From positions 85,250,001-85,314,000 of the forward strand of contig OZ024741.1 in assembly GCA_964016885.1 (NCBI GenBank): DNA of 64,000 nucleotides. The letters are read 5' to 3'. Below the pieces are notes generated by a model. That model saw nothing but the letters and a program-made list of their open reading frames with translations. It did not search any database and was not told the origin of the DNA. The translations under genes and the position numbers were made by a program. Every line of letters starts with the position of its first letter. The stretch's first letter is position 1. Source of the DNA: Eledone cirrhosa. Taxonomy: Eukaryota. Below are positions 39,002 to 50,967 of this stretch, piece by piece.

Positions 39002-41222
39002 ATTAGTGAGAAGGAGAATATTTATGCAGAACTGATGAGAAATCTGCAGATACTCCACCCTGATTACACCTTCAGATTTATGCCTGTGATTATTGGGGCA
39101 CTGGGGTCTGTTAGTAACTGCCTCAATACAAATCTTGAGAAGCTAGGCTTCACATGAACAGAAAGAACATAACTAGTTAGGAAATTACAAGTACAATCCA
39201 TTAATGGAACAGTAAAAATATGTAAAACGTGCCAAAAATGTTGCATCTAATAACTGCATATACACATGTACAGATGCAAAGCATATACACATGCACACAT
39301 ACAACTCAAAACATACACATCCACACATACAATAACATCCATATCTGCACATGCGTGCATACATACATATCTACCTAGTTGATGTTGTATAAATTCCAAT
39401 GAGAGTGTCTTGTGTCTATGTTAGAAACCGACTCTCTCTCTATTGGGAAAACTTTGTGAAATTATAAAACCAGAAGAATATACATACATAACAAAATCAT
39501 ACGAAATAAATGAGGATATTCTTGATACTGTGATAAGAAAACTCCAAGATAAGAAAACACCAGGAAGAGACATGATTGTCGGCTACTGGTACAAAAACCC
39601 GATATTCTATCGGATGTATCTTATCGACCTCTACCAACAAGTTCTCAAGAGAGATACACTTATACCAGAATGGTTGACATTAGCACAAACAATACTGGTC
39701 CTAAAGAACAAGGACACCCACTTGGCAAAAAACTACCGACCCATTGCATGCCAGAACCTGATGTATAAGATGTATACAGCCTACCTGAACCTATTTCTTC
39801 AAGATCACTGAAAAATAATAACATCATCACAGATGAAAAATCAGCTGGAAAGAAAGGTATTTGGGGGTGTGCTGAACAACTCCTAATCAACAAAACTGCG
39901 ATGTTGGAGGTGCGACAACTTAGGTGGAATATGACTACAGTCTGGCTGGACTACAGGAAAGCTTTTGATTGTTCCCCACTCTTGGATGATAGAGGCCCTC
40001 CGACTTGCTAAAGCCCCAGACATTATTATCAGAGCCATAGAGAAGCTGTCTTCTTCTTGGGCTACTATCCTAAAGTTAAAAACAGAGAATGAGGACTCTA
40101 TTTTCACTTATAAAATAGAATATCACAGGGGTATATTTCAAGCAGTATCGCAGTGAATCCATGGATGAAAGACTGCATGTTATCAGCAAAAAAATCATGC
40201 ATGGATATGTTGCCAGGAAGCTCCAGAGTGAGAGTAATATAGATAAGGAAAGTAGTCTATCTTAGACCAACAACCGGTATATTGGCTCCCACTTTGAAGG
40301 ATACGCTTTTGCAATCCAAGAACAGGAAATTAACACGAAATACCTGATTCACAAAAGAGATAGGGATGCAGGCAAAACACCTAGATGTGACAACAAGTGC
40401 AGACTCTGCAGAATTAACATCGAAGATGTCACCCATTTAATAAGCAGCTGTCCAAAGATGTCATCGCGGTACTATCTACCTATGAGGCATGATGTAGTGG
40501 CCAAAACACTGTACAATGCAATCCGTAGAAAAGATAGCCCCGACAATAAACACATTAAAAGCTACAGCAATGTGGAAGACATACATATACATAATATGAA
40601 AGAGTACTGGTGGAATGTTCCGGTAAAACCCCAATAAAATGCAGGTATAACAGACCAGATAAAATGATATGGGACAGGGAAAAGAAGGCATGCACAGTAG
40701 TGGAAGCTAGCTGCCCAGTAGATATCAATATAATATCAAAGATTAGCGAAAAGGAGAATATCTACGCAGAATTAATGAGAAATCTGCAGATACTCCACCC
40801 TGACTATACCTTCAGATTTATGCCTGTGGTTATTGGGGCACTAGGATATGTTAGTAACTGCCTCAGTAAAAATCTTGAGAAGCTGAGCTTCACAGAAATA
40901 GAAAGAACGCGACTAGTTAGGAAATTACAAGTACAATCCATTAATGGAACAGTAAAAATATGTAAAACATTCCAAAAATTCTGCATCTAATAACTGCATA
41001 TACACTTGTACAGATACAAAGCATATGCACATGCACACATACAACTCAAAACATACACATCCACACATACAATAACAGCCATATCTGCACACACATGCAT
41101 GCAGACATATCTACCTAGTTGATGTTGTGTAAATCCCAATGAGAGAGCCTTGTATCTATGTTAGAAACCGACTCTCTCTCTATTGGGAAAAATGTATAAA
41201 GTTATAAAACTAGAAGAATTAT
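39002..41222 (+). mobile_element. R4/Dong-like RLE non-LTR retrotransposon: short 3' copy (39002-39480) followed by a longer, internally deleted copy
   Basis: KTPGRD..YWYK, NYRPIAC, WLDYRKAFD-VPHSW, RGIFQ; CRLC..EDVTHLISSC..RHD; RPD..VVEASCP; 39002-39480 repeats at 40742-41220. Confidence 0.88.
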
Positions 41223-41501
41223 ACAATTATACAATTATACGTATATTATATAATTATACAATTATACGTATCTACATACGAATTTTATATAAGCTATAGA
41301 CTATTCTTGCCTCAGTATGGAGTAAGTAAATGTCACCGATGACGAATAAGAAATCTAGAAACACGTATATTGCATTTTCACCGCTACTGAGAGACTGTGA
41401 CATGAACACACCTGAAAATGTTCATAATGAGATTCTTCCATGTTTATTATACATAAACATATGCCTCTATTACAAACCACGGTATGTTTGTGCTACTGAT
41501 A

Positions 41502-41577
<76 letters not shown>

Positions 41578-42017
41578 AGCGCTGTCGTTGCGTGCGATTT
41601 TGCGATCTATATTGTGGAAACACCATGTGGACTATATATTTTACACTCAGCCTCAGCGTTATGTCCAGGTCAGTAAAACATCTTTACCTGGGTCCTGTAT
41701 TTTCGTTGCTCTAGTGATGCGGTCAGACTGCCGACTGCTATATCTAATTTGCTAAGCTGTCTGAACATAATGTTATACTCTGGGGTCTTACCTCATCTGA
41801 GTGCTAAAGCTACAAACCGAATAACCATACACGCTAGCTTGGCCGTATACTAGAGCTTCGTCTATGCTGTACTAAAATTTATATATATATATATATATAT
41901 TAATAAGATATAGACAAACTGTAGTATAATAATTAGTATACTTCAATCTGGCTAAATTTTTCTTTTGCAATATATATACAGATGTGTTGGTATCTGTGTT
42001 TCATCACATACATATTA

Positions 42018-42065
<48 letters not shown>

Positions 42066-43293
42066 AAAAGTCTTTTTCATATATCAAGTTAGGAAACTAA
42101 ACTAGAATTATGTACATACATATAGAACGACAAATAACAAATGTACTTTCCTTAAATTACAAATTCTCATACGGCTATTTCAGGGAAATCCAGAATCCGA
42201 AGTTTGTAATCGATTTTATTGATTGGTATCAATCACCAATTATCGATTTGTGTAATAAACATCGTCAAAACCACGAAAAAATGTTCACTCATCACTGAGA
42301 CTAGGGTCTGTAAAATATCTGCCCTTCAGTAAGACGTTAATTTTAGGCACTGTGTGTTTTTATTTTGAGCGCTGCGTTTAGTGTACAATGTGAGATTTAT
42401 ATATAAACAGCACAACAATCTCCACCAGCACGAGAGCAGCCACCACTGTCATCAACACTATCGCTGCCACATTAACAACAGCCACCTCCAACTACCATTG
42501 CTAACACAACTTCCACCGCTTTAACCATAAACAACTATACCCACCACTACCATCACCACCACAATCAATATAGCAACAACTACCAGTTGTAAATCAATTA
42601 TAATTATCAGTGATTGCAATCTGTTGCATATGTCAGGGTTTCAGAGTGGCAGTGCCATACTTCAGCGAGAGATGTCAACGGTGAAGACGAGCAGCCGCTG
42701 GCCGTTTTAATGAGAAACGACGAGCAGGAATCAATAAATCATTTTGTTGAGAAAATATTTCCGATGTCCTTTGGAGTTCTTATGCTGTGCACATTTATTT
42801 AAACGAAGGCAACACCTCATGTGCTACTCCATATGGTTGGGGGTGCAGATAGCGATGAGGCCGTTATTTGACATGTACAAAGCGCCAGGAAACTTTCTTA
42901 AAGGGATGTCATCTTTTAACAAACATTTATAAATCATCTCATTACAACATTCCTCAAACCACAAACCCCTCCGTGAAATTGAAATTGTTTTTATCAGTTT
43001 TTTTCCAGGCTGTATTTTCAGTGTTCTATGATTATTCTGGAAAAATATACAGTTCTTTGAAATTTTCTTGTTTTGTTTCATGTTGTTATATTTGTTATAT
43101 TTATTTCTCTATTTTTTTATATTTTTCTTTCTTTCTTTTTTTTTTGAATTTTTTGTTGCGTTTTTATTCGTTTCGTTATTTTTTTATTGCTGATTTTTTC
43201 CTTTACATTTTTCAATTTTTTCTTTCTTATTTTTGATAACTTTGTTTCTTCTTTTGTTGTTATTTATTTTCGATATATTTATATATACATATA

Positions 43294-43723
43294 TAGTAGT
43301 CCCCCAGTATTCGCGAGGAGTGAAAAACTGCGAATATTGCACGTGGTTCATAAAAATGCCTATAAACGTCAAAATATAACGTAAAGTATAATAAAAAAAA
43401 AAAAAAAGAGGGGCGCCCAATAGACTGGTAAATACGATATATTGTCCAAATCCCGCCGAGGTCAACTTTGCCTTTCATCCTTACGGGGTCGATAAAATAA
43501 AGTACCAGTAATGTACTGGGTAATTCCTGGCCTTGTGCCAAAAGTAGAAACAATTAATAATTTAGCGTTTAAAAATCTATATTGCCACGAAAAAAAGCCC
43601 TAAAAAATCGCAGAAGATATTTACAATTCCGCGAATATACGGTTGCTTCCACCAACAGTTATTAGTTAGGTTCTAAGGAAAATTCCGCGAATTGCCGGGA
43701 CCGCGAATTCCGAGGGCACACTG
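43294..43723. mobile_element. Tigger/pogo-like MITE with nested SINE fragment (43447-43560, +)
   Basis: Ends tagtagtcccccagtattcgcg / cgcgaattccgagggcacactg-ta; internal cgcgaat repeats. Confidence 0.65.
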
Positions 43724-43817
43724 TATATATAGCCATGAGATAAAATATAGATATAAGATGTTATATATTTATATAGCTGCAATATACTACATAGCTAGAT
43801 ACAGACCTGCTATATGA

Positions 43818-43908
<91 letters not shown>

Positions 43909-44090
43909 TTAATAAAAACAATGAATAAAAACAAAGAAACAGTTCCTTATATTAAAAAGTTCATCATTTTACGATGGTTTCTAGGATATATATGTATGTG
44001 TTGGTATGTATATCATATAGATCCATGTAAAAAATTTACAAACTATCAGAGGGAATATACATACCTACACATATATATGCTGTCTTCAGA

Positions 44091-44282
44091 AATAATTGTT
44101 TCTGCTTTTGGCACAAGGCCAGCAATTATCCCAGTGTATTACTGGTACGTTATTTTATCGACCCCGTAAGGATGAAAGGCAAAGTCAACCTCGGTGGGAT
44201 TTGAACTCAGATCGTAAAGGGACGTAACTATGTTGGAAAGCATAACGTCCGACCCTCTACCGATACTGCCAATCCACCGCCC
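44091..44282 (-). mobile_element. Young tRNA-derived SINE copy
   Basis: Near-identical to 12461-12655. Confidence 0.88.
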
Positions 44283-44989
44283 TTATTCAAGAAATAATGA
44301 TATTTGTTTATTGAAAAAAAACAACAAAGATTTAATATAATAGGTCTGTTTGGGAACAGGTTTTGAATTGACCAATAGAAAAGTAGTAAGTGGTCAAGTT
44401 GATAAAATAGTAGTAGTAGTAGAAATTTAATTTAGGGGTAGAGGAATGCAGACTTAAGTTTTGAATGGAAAGAATACTTTGAATGAAAAGATTACATTGG
44501 GGATGAAAAGAGGTTAAGCCGATGAAAGGTACACGAAAATTTGATGTTATTAACGAATAATGCTAGTGTTAAAATCGAAGGAGAATAAAATTTTAGGGTA
44601 AATGTGTTAGTGAGAAATACCATTCTTATTTAAAATACAAGGAATTTAGATCTATAACAAGAAATTAAATTAATTTAATTGATAGGTATACTTATAGGGA
44701 TAAATTTATATTAATTCATATAGATGTGATAAATAAGAGTTAGATGTTATTAAAGAATATTGTTAAAAACGAAGGAAAAAAATTTTGGGATAAATGTATT
44801 AGTGAGAAATAACAAACTTATATAGACTACAAGGAATTTAGATTCATAACAGGAAATTAAAATAGTTTTTGTATTGTCCCTTGTGGCCAATAAAAAACAA
44901 CAACAATTATTATTATTATTTTTAAATGTAGTTTTATGTATTTTTTAAGTATTTTATTTTAAATTTAGAGTTTACAGACGTTGCATCCA

Positions 44990-45600
44990 TCCTACCGCCA
45001 CATCGCTGATACACCAGCCATCACAACCAACACCACTAACATCACCAACACCAGAATCACCACCATCACTAACACCACTATTACTAACAGCACCTTCACC
45101 AACACCAGTCCTACCAACACTACGATTACCAATAGCACCAACACCACCGCCATTACCAACAGCACCATCATCAACATCACCATCACCTCACCACCATCAT
45201 TAGCAACACTACCACCATCACCAACGCCACCACCATTATCAAAACTGGCACCATCACCAATGCCACCACTTCTAATACCATTCATCATCCATCTATCCTG
45301 CTGCCACATCGCTGTGGTAGCCACCAACAAAACCAACATCAACACTAACACTACTGCCATCAATACCGTAACTACCATCACCATTCACCATCCATCGCAC
45401 GCCACGCCGCTGTTACAACCACCACCAATACCACATTTACCACTATCGATACCATCATTAGCAACACCCCATCTCTTCCTGACACACCTGTTGCCGCTAC
45501 CAAATATCCTACTACCACCATCAACTCTATAATTGTTACTCCCACAATTACCACAACCACCTCAACCAAGCCATCACCATCAACATGTGGAACATCAGCA
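44990..45600. repeat. (CAC/AAC)-rich low-complexity tract
   Basis: Degenerate trinucleotide repeats; frame breaks. Confidence 0.8.
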
Positions 45601-45666
45601 GCTATATGATATCCCATAGTTATATAATTTTTCATGGATATCTATATGATATTGCGCAGCTATCTA

Positions 45667-45861
45667 CAAACCTGTCAACTCTCCCCGTTCGACGGGAAGA
45701 TCTCCCACCCACTTTGGGGTAGGTGAGGGATGTCTTCTCTTGTGAAAATGGGTATAGTTTTCATTATGTAAAATCTCCCCATTTTACCTCATTTTTCCCC
45801 GTCTTGGGGCACTTTTTTTCATGGTACTCCCCGTTTGGGTTTTTAGAGCTTGGCAGGTCTG
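45667..45861. mobile_element. Small MITE with TA flanks
   Basis: caaacctgtcaac / cttggcaggtctg imperfect TIRs. Confidence 0.6.
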
Positions 45862-46849
45862 TATCTAGCTATGTAGTATATTGCAGCTATATAAATATAT
45901 AACATCTTACATCTATATTGTACAGCTATGCGGTGTCATATATGTATGTAATATCTCCAAACTATCTAATATTTCATGTGATATGCCTTAGCTCTGTAAT
46001 ATCCCACAGATATGTACTGTGACGTAACTATGTAATTTCTCACAGTCAGGGACACAAAAAGAAATTTTGCAAGGCGGTACAAACCCCTTCGGGGCCCGAA
46101 ATAGGCAAAGATTTTTCTCAAATCAGATGTGCATGATCGCTGTGGGGCCTTCTTAGCTCTTGGGCCCCGGAACAAAGTACTGGCTGAACCCCACTCGCAT
46201 AGCTGATGTTAATCTTGAAATAAACGTGTTACTCACATTTGAGGCCTGGGTGGGAGGCAAACCGGAATGTGGCTTGAAGAGTCGAACTTCAAATGAGATC
46301 GTTCACTATTTTTTCGATTTGTGGAGACACAAAACAAGAAGACGTGTTTACATGTGTCCAACGTTCTCATATATATGTTTACATACGTCGAGTGTGTTTA
46401 TTTACACATTTACATTCTTACGTATTCTTTTTAATTTTCTCATTTACATACCTTCGGTGAAATGTTTTACTGTTTCTCTACGTGTAGATGATATGTTTAT
46501 ATTGAATATCTCAGCTGCTTAGTGCACAATTTAATATATAAATGGTTATAAAGTATACGATAGAAAAGAAATTAGTACTGAACCAATACAGTTACACTAG
46601 CCATAGTCTTCTACTAGTTTTGTTTTAACGACGAAAGTTTGATCTGTAAATAGCATTCAATAAATGAGGTTTAACTGAGTGAGAACAAAATTTAATTTCT
46701 ACGACGACCTCTTCTCTGACGTTGCTGTTAACATTTAATCGAGGATGTATTTATTTCGCCAATAAATATATATCACGAATCACCGAGCAATCTTTGGAAA
46801 CGCCACTAGATTTTCAATTTTTTATATCTTTCACAGACATTCCACTATC

Positions 46850-47260
46850 GCCAACAACATCACGCCATCAACACGGCCAATATCAACACCACCTCCACTA
46901 TTAAACACCAGCAATACGACCACTATCATATTTGCCCCCCACCGTCTTCACCAACATCAACCAACATCTGCACGGCCACCAACACCGCCGCCACCACGGC
47001 CAACATCAGCACCGTCGTCACCACCAACACCGCCGCCGCCACGGCCAACGTCAGCACCGTCGTCACCACCAACACTGCCGCCACCACGGCCAACATCAGC
47101 ACCGTCGTCACCACCAACACCGCCGCCACCACGGTCACCAACACAACCGTCACCACCAACACCGCCACCACCACGGCCAACATCAGTACCACCGTCACCA
47201 CCAACACTAGCACCACCGCCGACAACACTATCACCACCAACATCAGCACCGCCACAACAG
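46850..47260. repeat. 45-bp minisatellite built from trinucleotides
   Basis: aacaccgccgccaccacggccaacatcagcaccgtcgtcaccacc at 46981, 47026, 47071. Confidence 0.88.
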
Positions 47261-47329
47261 ATGTATATTTTCATCATACTTGTTTCCTTTCATAAAGAAG
47301 TGAGTTAAAATTTACCGGGCGGAGGCAGA

Positions 47330-47351
47330 AAAAGAAAAAAAGAAAGAACGA

Positions 47352-47423
<72 letters not shown>

Positions 47424-47425
47424 AA
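47330..47425. repeat. (AAAG)n microsatellite
   Basis: Perfect tetranucleotide run. Confidence 0.95.
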
Positions 47426-48211
47426 TGAAAGCAATTGTGGGCGGAGGTTGTAACAATGAAATTCTCATATATCTCGTTAACCTCAACGGACGGTATTCCT
47501 GTTTTCCCGTTCTTTTCCCCTTTTCCCTGACAAACAAAATATCTCCAATTATTCCAGAATGATATGAACAATTAAGTTTCCATCAAGATTGTCCACACTA
47601 AGAGGTTCAGTCGACTAGATATAATGAGGAAAAACATTTAGATGATTAAATAACTAAACATATGTACCAATGACTATGTATATGTACATATGTGCAAAGC
47701 GGTCGATTTGGCAGAGTCATTAGAGCGATGGATATTTTTTCATTCTCTGTGTTCTGAGTTCAAATCCCACCGAAGTTCACTTTGCCTTTCATCATTTAGG
47801 GGGCGGGGTCAATAAGGAAAGTACTAGATCCCAGTGTTAGTACAGCCTTCTTTCATTCCATCTGTCACATGCTAGATGACAGGGGGGTCAAGTGGGTGGT
47901 AGTGCCTGCACTATTATAATACCCTTATCGAAAGAAAGGTACATCCTACTAATTCATAATCGAGTGCGAGTGACAGCTACAGTATTTAGTATGTGTGTGC
48001 GCATGAGTGGGTGAATCCAGTACTCCAGCATGGCCTTAGCTATGAGTGACAAAGCAAAAAAAAATAATAAAGTGCCTTGCTCAAGAACACAACGCGCCGC
48101 CCAGCCTAGGAATCGAACTCACGAACTTGAGCTGAACCCCGTAACCACTAAGGCACGCGCTCTCATTCTATTGACATAGGGTTATGCTTGCATTGATACT
48201 ATATATAACAT

Positions 48212-48241
<30 letters not shown>

Positions 48242-48246
<5 letters not shown>

Positions 48247-49965
48247 ATATACTTGGGGAGGGTCATATTTGTGTAATAATATTGCCAGAATTAATAACAT
48301 AACACACTCACTGTTTGGTTTTCGCTTCTGTGTCTTTTATATCGGTTAATTTAATTTATTCGGTCCTCAATGTTACCATTGACTGACCAACGGTCAAAAA
48401 TACAGATACAATATAGACACAAACACATATCTATAGTCTAACAAAGTTCTTTCGTTGCACATCTGCAACATCGTCAGTGGTGCTATTATGTTTCCTCCCG
48501 TTGTTTGTATGCCTACGCCATCTTTATTTAGACTGTTTATTATTTTTTTGTCTTCTCTGTGCATGCGTTTGCGTGTGTGTATAGTGTTTGATGTGTGTTC
48601 GTGTTTGGGTGACTGTATATTGGTTATTGTATTCTATCTTAGTTTACTAGTGTGTGTTTATATGTGTTTGTTGTTATTGTGCTTGTGTATGTATTTATTT
48701 ATTTATACTTCTCTTAGGTCAGTATTATTTGTTTGGGTGTTGTTGTTATTCCATTCATTTTTTCTGTTTAGCCTTGGCCTTCTAAGTTCTATTTCACTGG
48801 CCTCTCTGATTTGCCTATCTGCTGGGTCATTTCTATGTTTAGATATTATTCTAATTTCTTTGTTGTCTATGTTACCGTCGTGTTGTTGTCTGGCATGTTC
48901 GTATAGTACTGAACCGTTTTTTCGTCCTTTTAGTTCCCCTCAGTGTTGGTCTATCCTTTCACCTATGCTACGAGCTATCACGCCTATGTATGTTGTTGTC
49001 ATGTTTCTGCAAGTACCCTCTGTACATCTTATGCTATAGACTACGTTTCTAGTTTTACAGATTATCCGAGGGTTTACTTTACATATCATACATTTCCTAT
49101 TAGTACAGTGGGTTTTCTTAAAAAGGTAGGTTTTGCTGATCAGGGATTTTATTGTGGTTCCTGACTTTTCTACCACCTTAATTTTTAAGTGGGTCTTTCT
49201 CAGGGCCTTTCTACACTGGTTAGCTAATTACCCTCCAGCTTCCACAAACATGACACTCTGGTATCTCTGGTTGTCGTACCATAAGGTGGCTTTCCCTATC
49301 TTATGTCTAGCCCTATCTAAGCTATTCCATGATTTGCTCCTGTATAATGTGCAAATTCCTTTCATGTCCAGTTCTATGAGGGTCTTATACTTCTCCGTGG
49401 CTCCTTCGTATACTCTGATTCTGTCTCTTTAGTTGTAGCCAGATAACTGCATGCGCTTGATGAAGCGTTGGATGTGTCTTTCCATTTCTGTTGGGTCGCA
49501 CATGCGGGACACGTTCATCATCACTCGTACCAAGTCTGCGATCAGAATATTAAACTTAGCACTACTGGACATTGCTGAGTTTTTGAGTATCAGGTATTTG
49601 GAGGCCATGGGTTTAGCATAGTGTAAGTGGAGAATTTGGGCTCTCTCGTCTATAGTGTTAATCCAGAGTTCCGTGTCTTATACGGGTAGTCTATTGTTAG
49701 GGTGTTTGGAAGGGTAGTCGATAGTTACAGTTATACTCTGGTGTATGGAATTAGCTATCTGCTGGATGCTTTCCATTGTGCTACGTTCTAAATCAAACTT
49801 GTTAGTACTCTCTTGTGGGGATATGGAAACATTGAGGACCGAATAAATTAAATTAAGCGATATAAAAGACACAGAAACGAAAACCAACCAAACAGTGAGT
49901 GTGTTCTGTTATTAATTCTGGCAATATTATTACACAAATATGACCCTCCCCAAGTATAACAATAT
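48242..49965 (-). mobile_element. 5'-truncated Penelope-like element with inverted 3' terminal repeat
   Basis: RT thumb (TIDYPS..RLPV, HYAKPMAS), VVEKSG, CTNRKCMIC, NVVYSIRC..TYIG GIY-YIG; 48242-48374 inverted at 49828-49965; tail fragment also at ~15580-15597. Confidence 0.88.
48442..48480 (-). ncRNA. Candidate minimal hammerhead in the PLE terminal repeat
   Basis: CCA-CTGACGA-T-GTTGCA-GATG-TGCAAC-GAAAG-AA-CTT-TG; stem I short. Confidence 0.55.
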
Positions 49966-50006
49966 TTGTTTCGACACACGATTTAATATAAAAAACCTCG
50001 CAAAAC

Positions 50007-50060
<54 letters not shown>

Positions 50061-50119
50061 ATAATTGTCTCTCTATTTGCCAAAATATATAGTCACGTAA
50101 CGAACAAATTTTTACAAAG

Positions 50120-50172
<53 letters not shown>

Positions 50173-50437
50173 AGCTATATGACTCCATAACTTCAGCATC
50201 AATTCAAACACAAGCCTAAATCAATTTGCATTCATTTAGATTAAACTTTCCTGCCCACTGAGATGAGAGTTTATTTCCGTTACTAAATACAAACATAAGG
50301 AAATTTGTGTTAGTATGTGTTTTCATCCAAACCAATATCATATAAAAAAAAATTTTTTAAAAGTGGGGACAAGCACACAGGCGGTATGTATAGATAGATA
50401 TAAACAAGCATGCATATAGATATATATATATATATAT

Positions 50438-50626
50438 AACGAAGGAATTGTGGTAAGTAACCAGATGGACCATAACGCACCAAAGTACTCAATACTTAGG
50501 GTAGTAGAGTGGGTAATAGGAACAAGTATGACCCCGACGGCAGAGCTCAAGCCGTTTCGACGGCTATTTGAGTCCAGAAATAGCCGTCGAAACGGCTTGA
50601 GCTCTGCCGTCGGGGTCATACATTTT

Positions 50627-50631
<5 letters not shown>
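50438..50631 (-). mobile_element. Palindromic HHR-derived mini-element, family C copy 3
   Basis: Tail plus hairpin 50516-50631 with apex cggctattt-gagtccag-aaatagccg; (TA)n on both sides. Confidence 0.9.
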
Positions 50632-50704
<73 letters not shown>

Positions 50705-50782
50705 CACACACACATATAACTGTCTCTCTATTTGCCAATATATATATATATTTATATACATATATATGTGTGTGTGTGTGTA

Positions 50783-50832
<50 letters not shown>

Positions 50833-50967
50833 GTGAGAGAGAGAGAAAGAGAAAGAGAGAGAAACCCTAAAGATGAACTTATTTTATTTCTAACAATTGT
50901 TTCAGCAAATTATAGATAGACAAACATATAGATAGCTAGCTGGGTGGATAGATAGATAGATAGATAA

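Noticed and set aside
39002-41222. LTR retrotransposon
   Set aside because: The direct repeats include RLE coding sequence and 3' UTR of a non-LTR element; no PBS, PPT or integrase
41330-41375. CCGATGA...GAAACACGTA hammerhead-like motif
   Set aside because: Core mutated and stems I and II do not pair convincingly
46230-46335. Minus-strand exon ending in a gtgagt donor
   Set aside because: The upstream pyrimidine tract ends in CAA rather than AG; no recognisable peptide
44981-47277. Mucin-like Thr/Asn-rich exons
   Set aside because: Low-complexity CAC/AAC repeats with frame breaks and no clear splice sites; similar tract at 42410-42590
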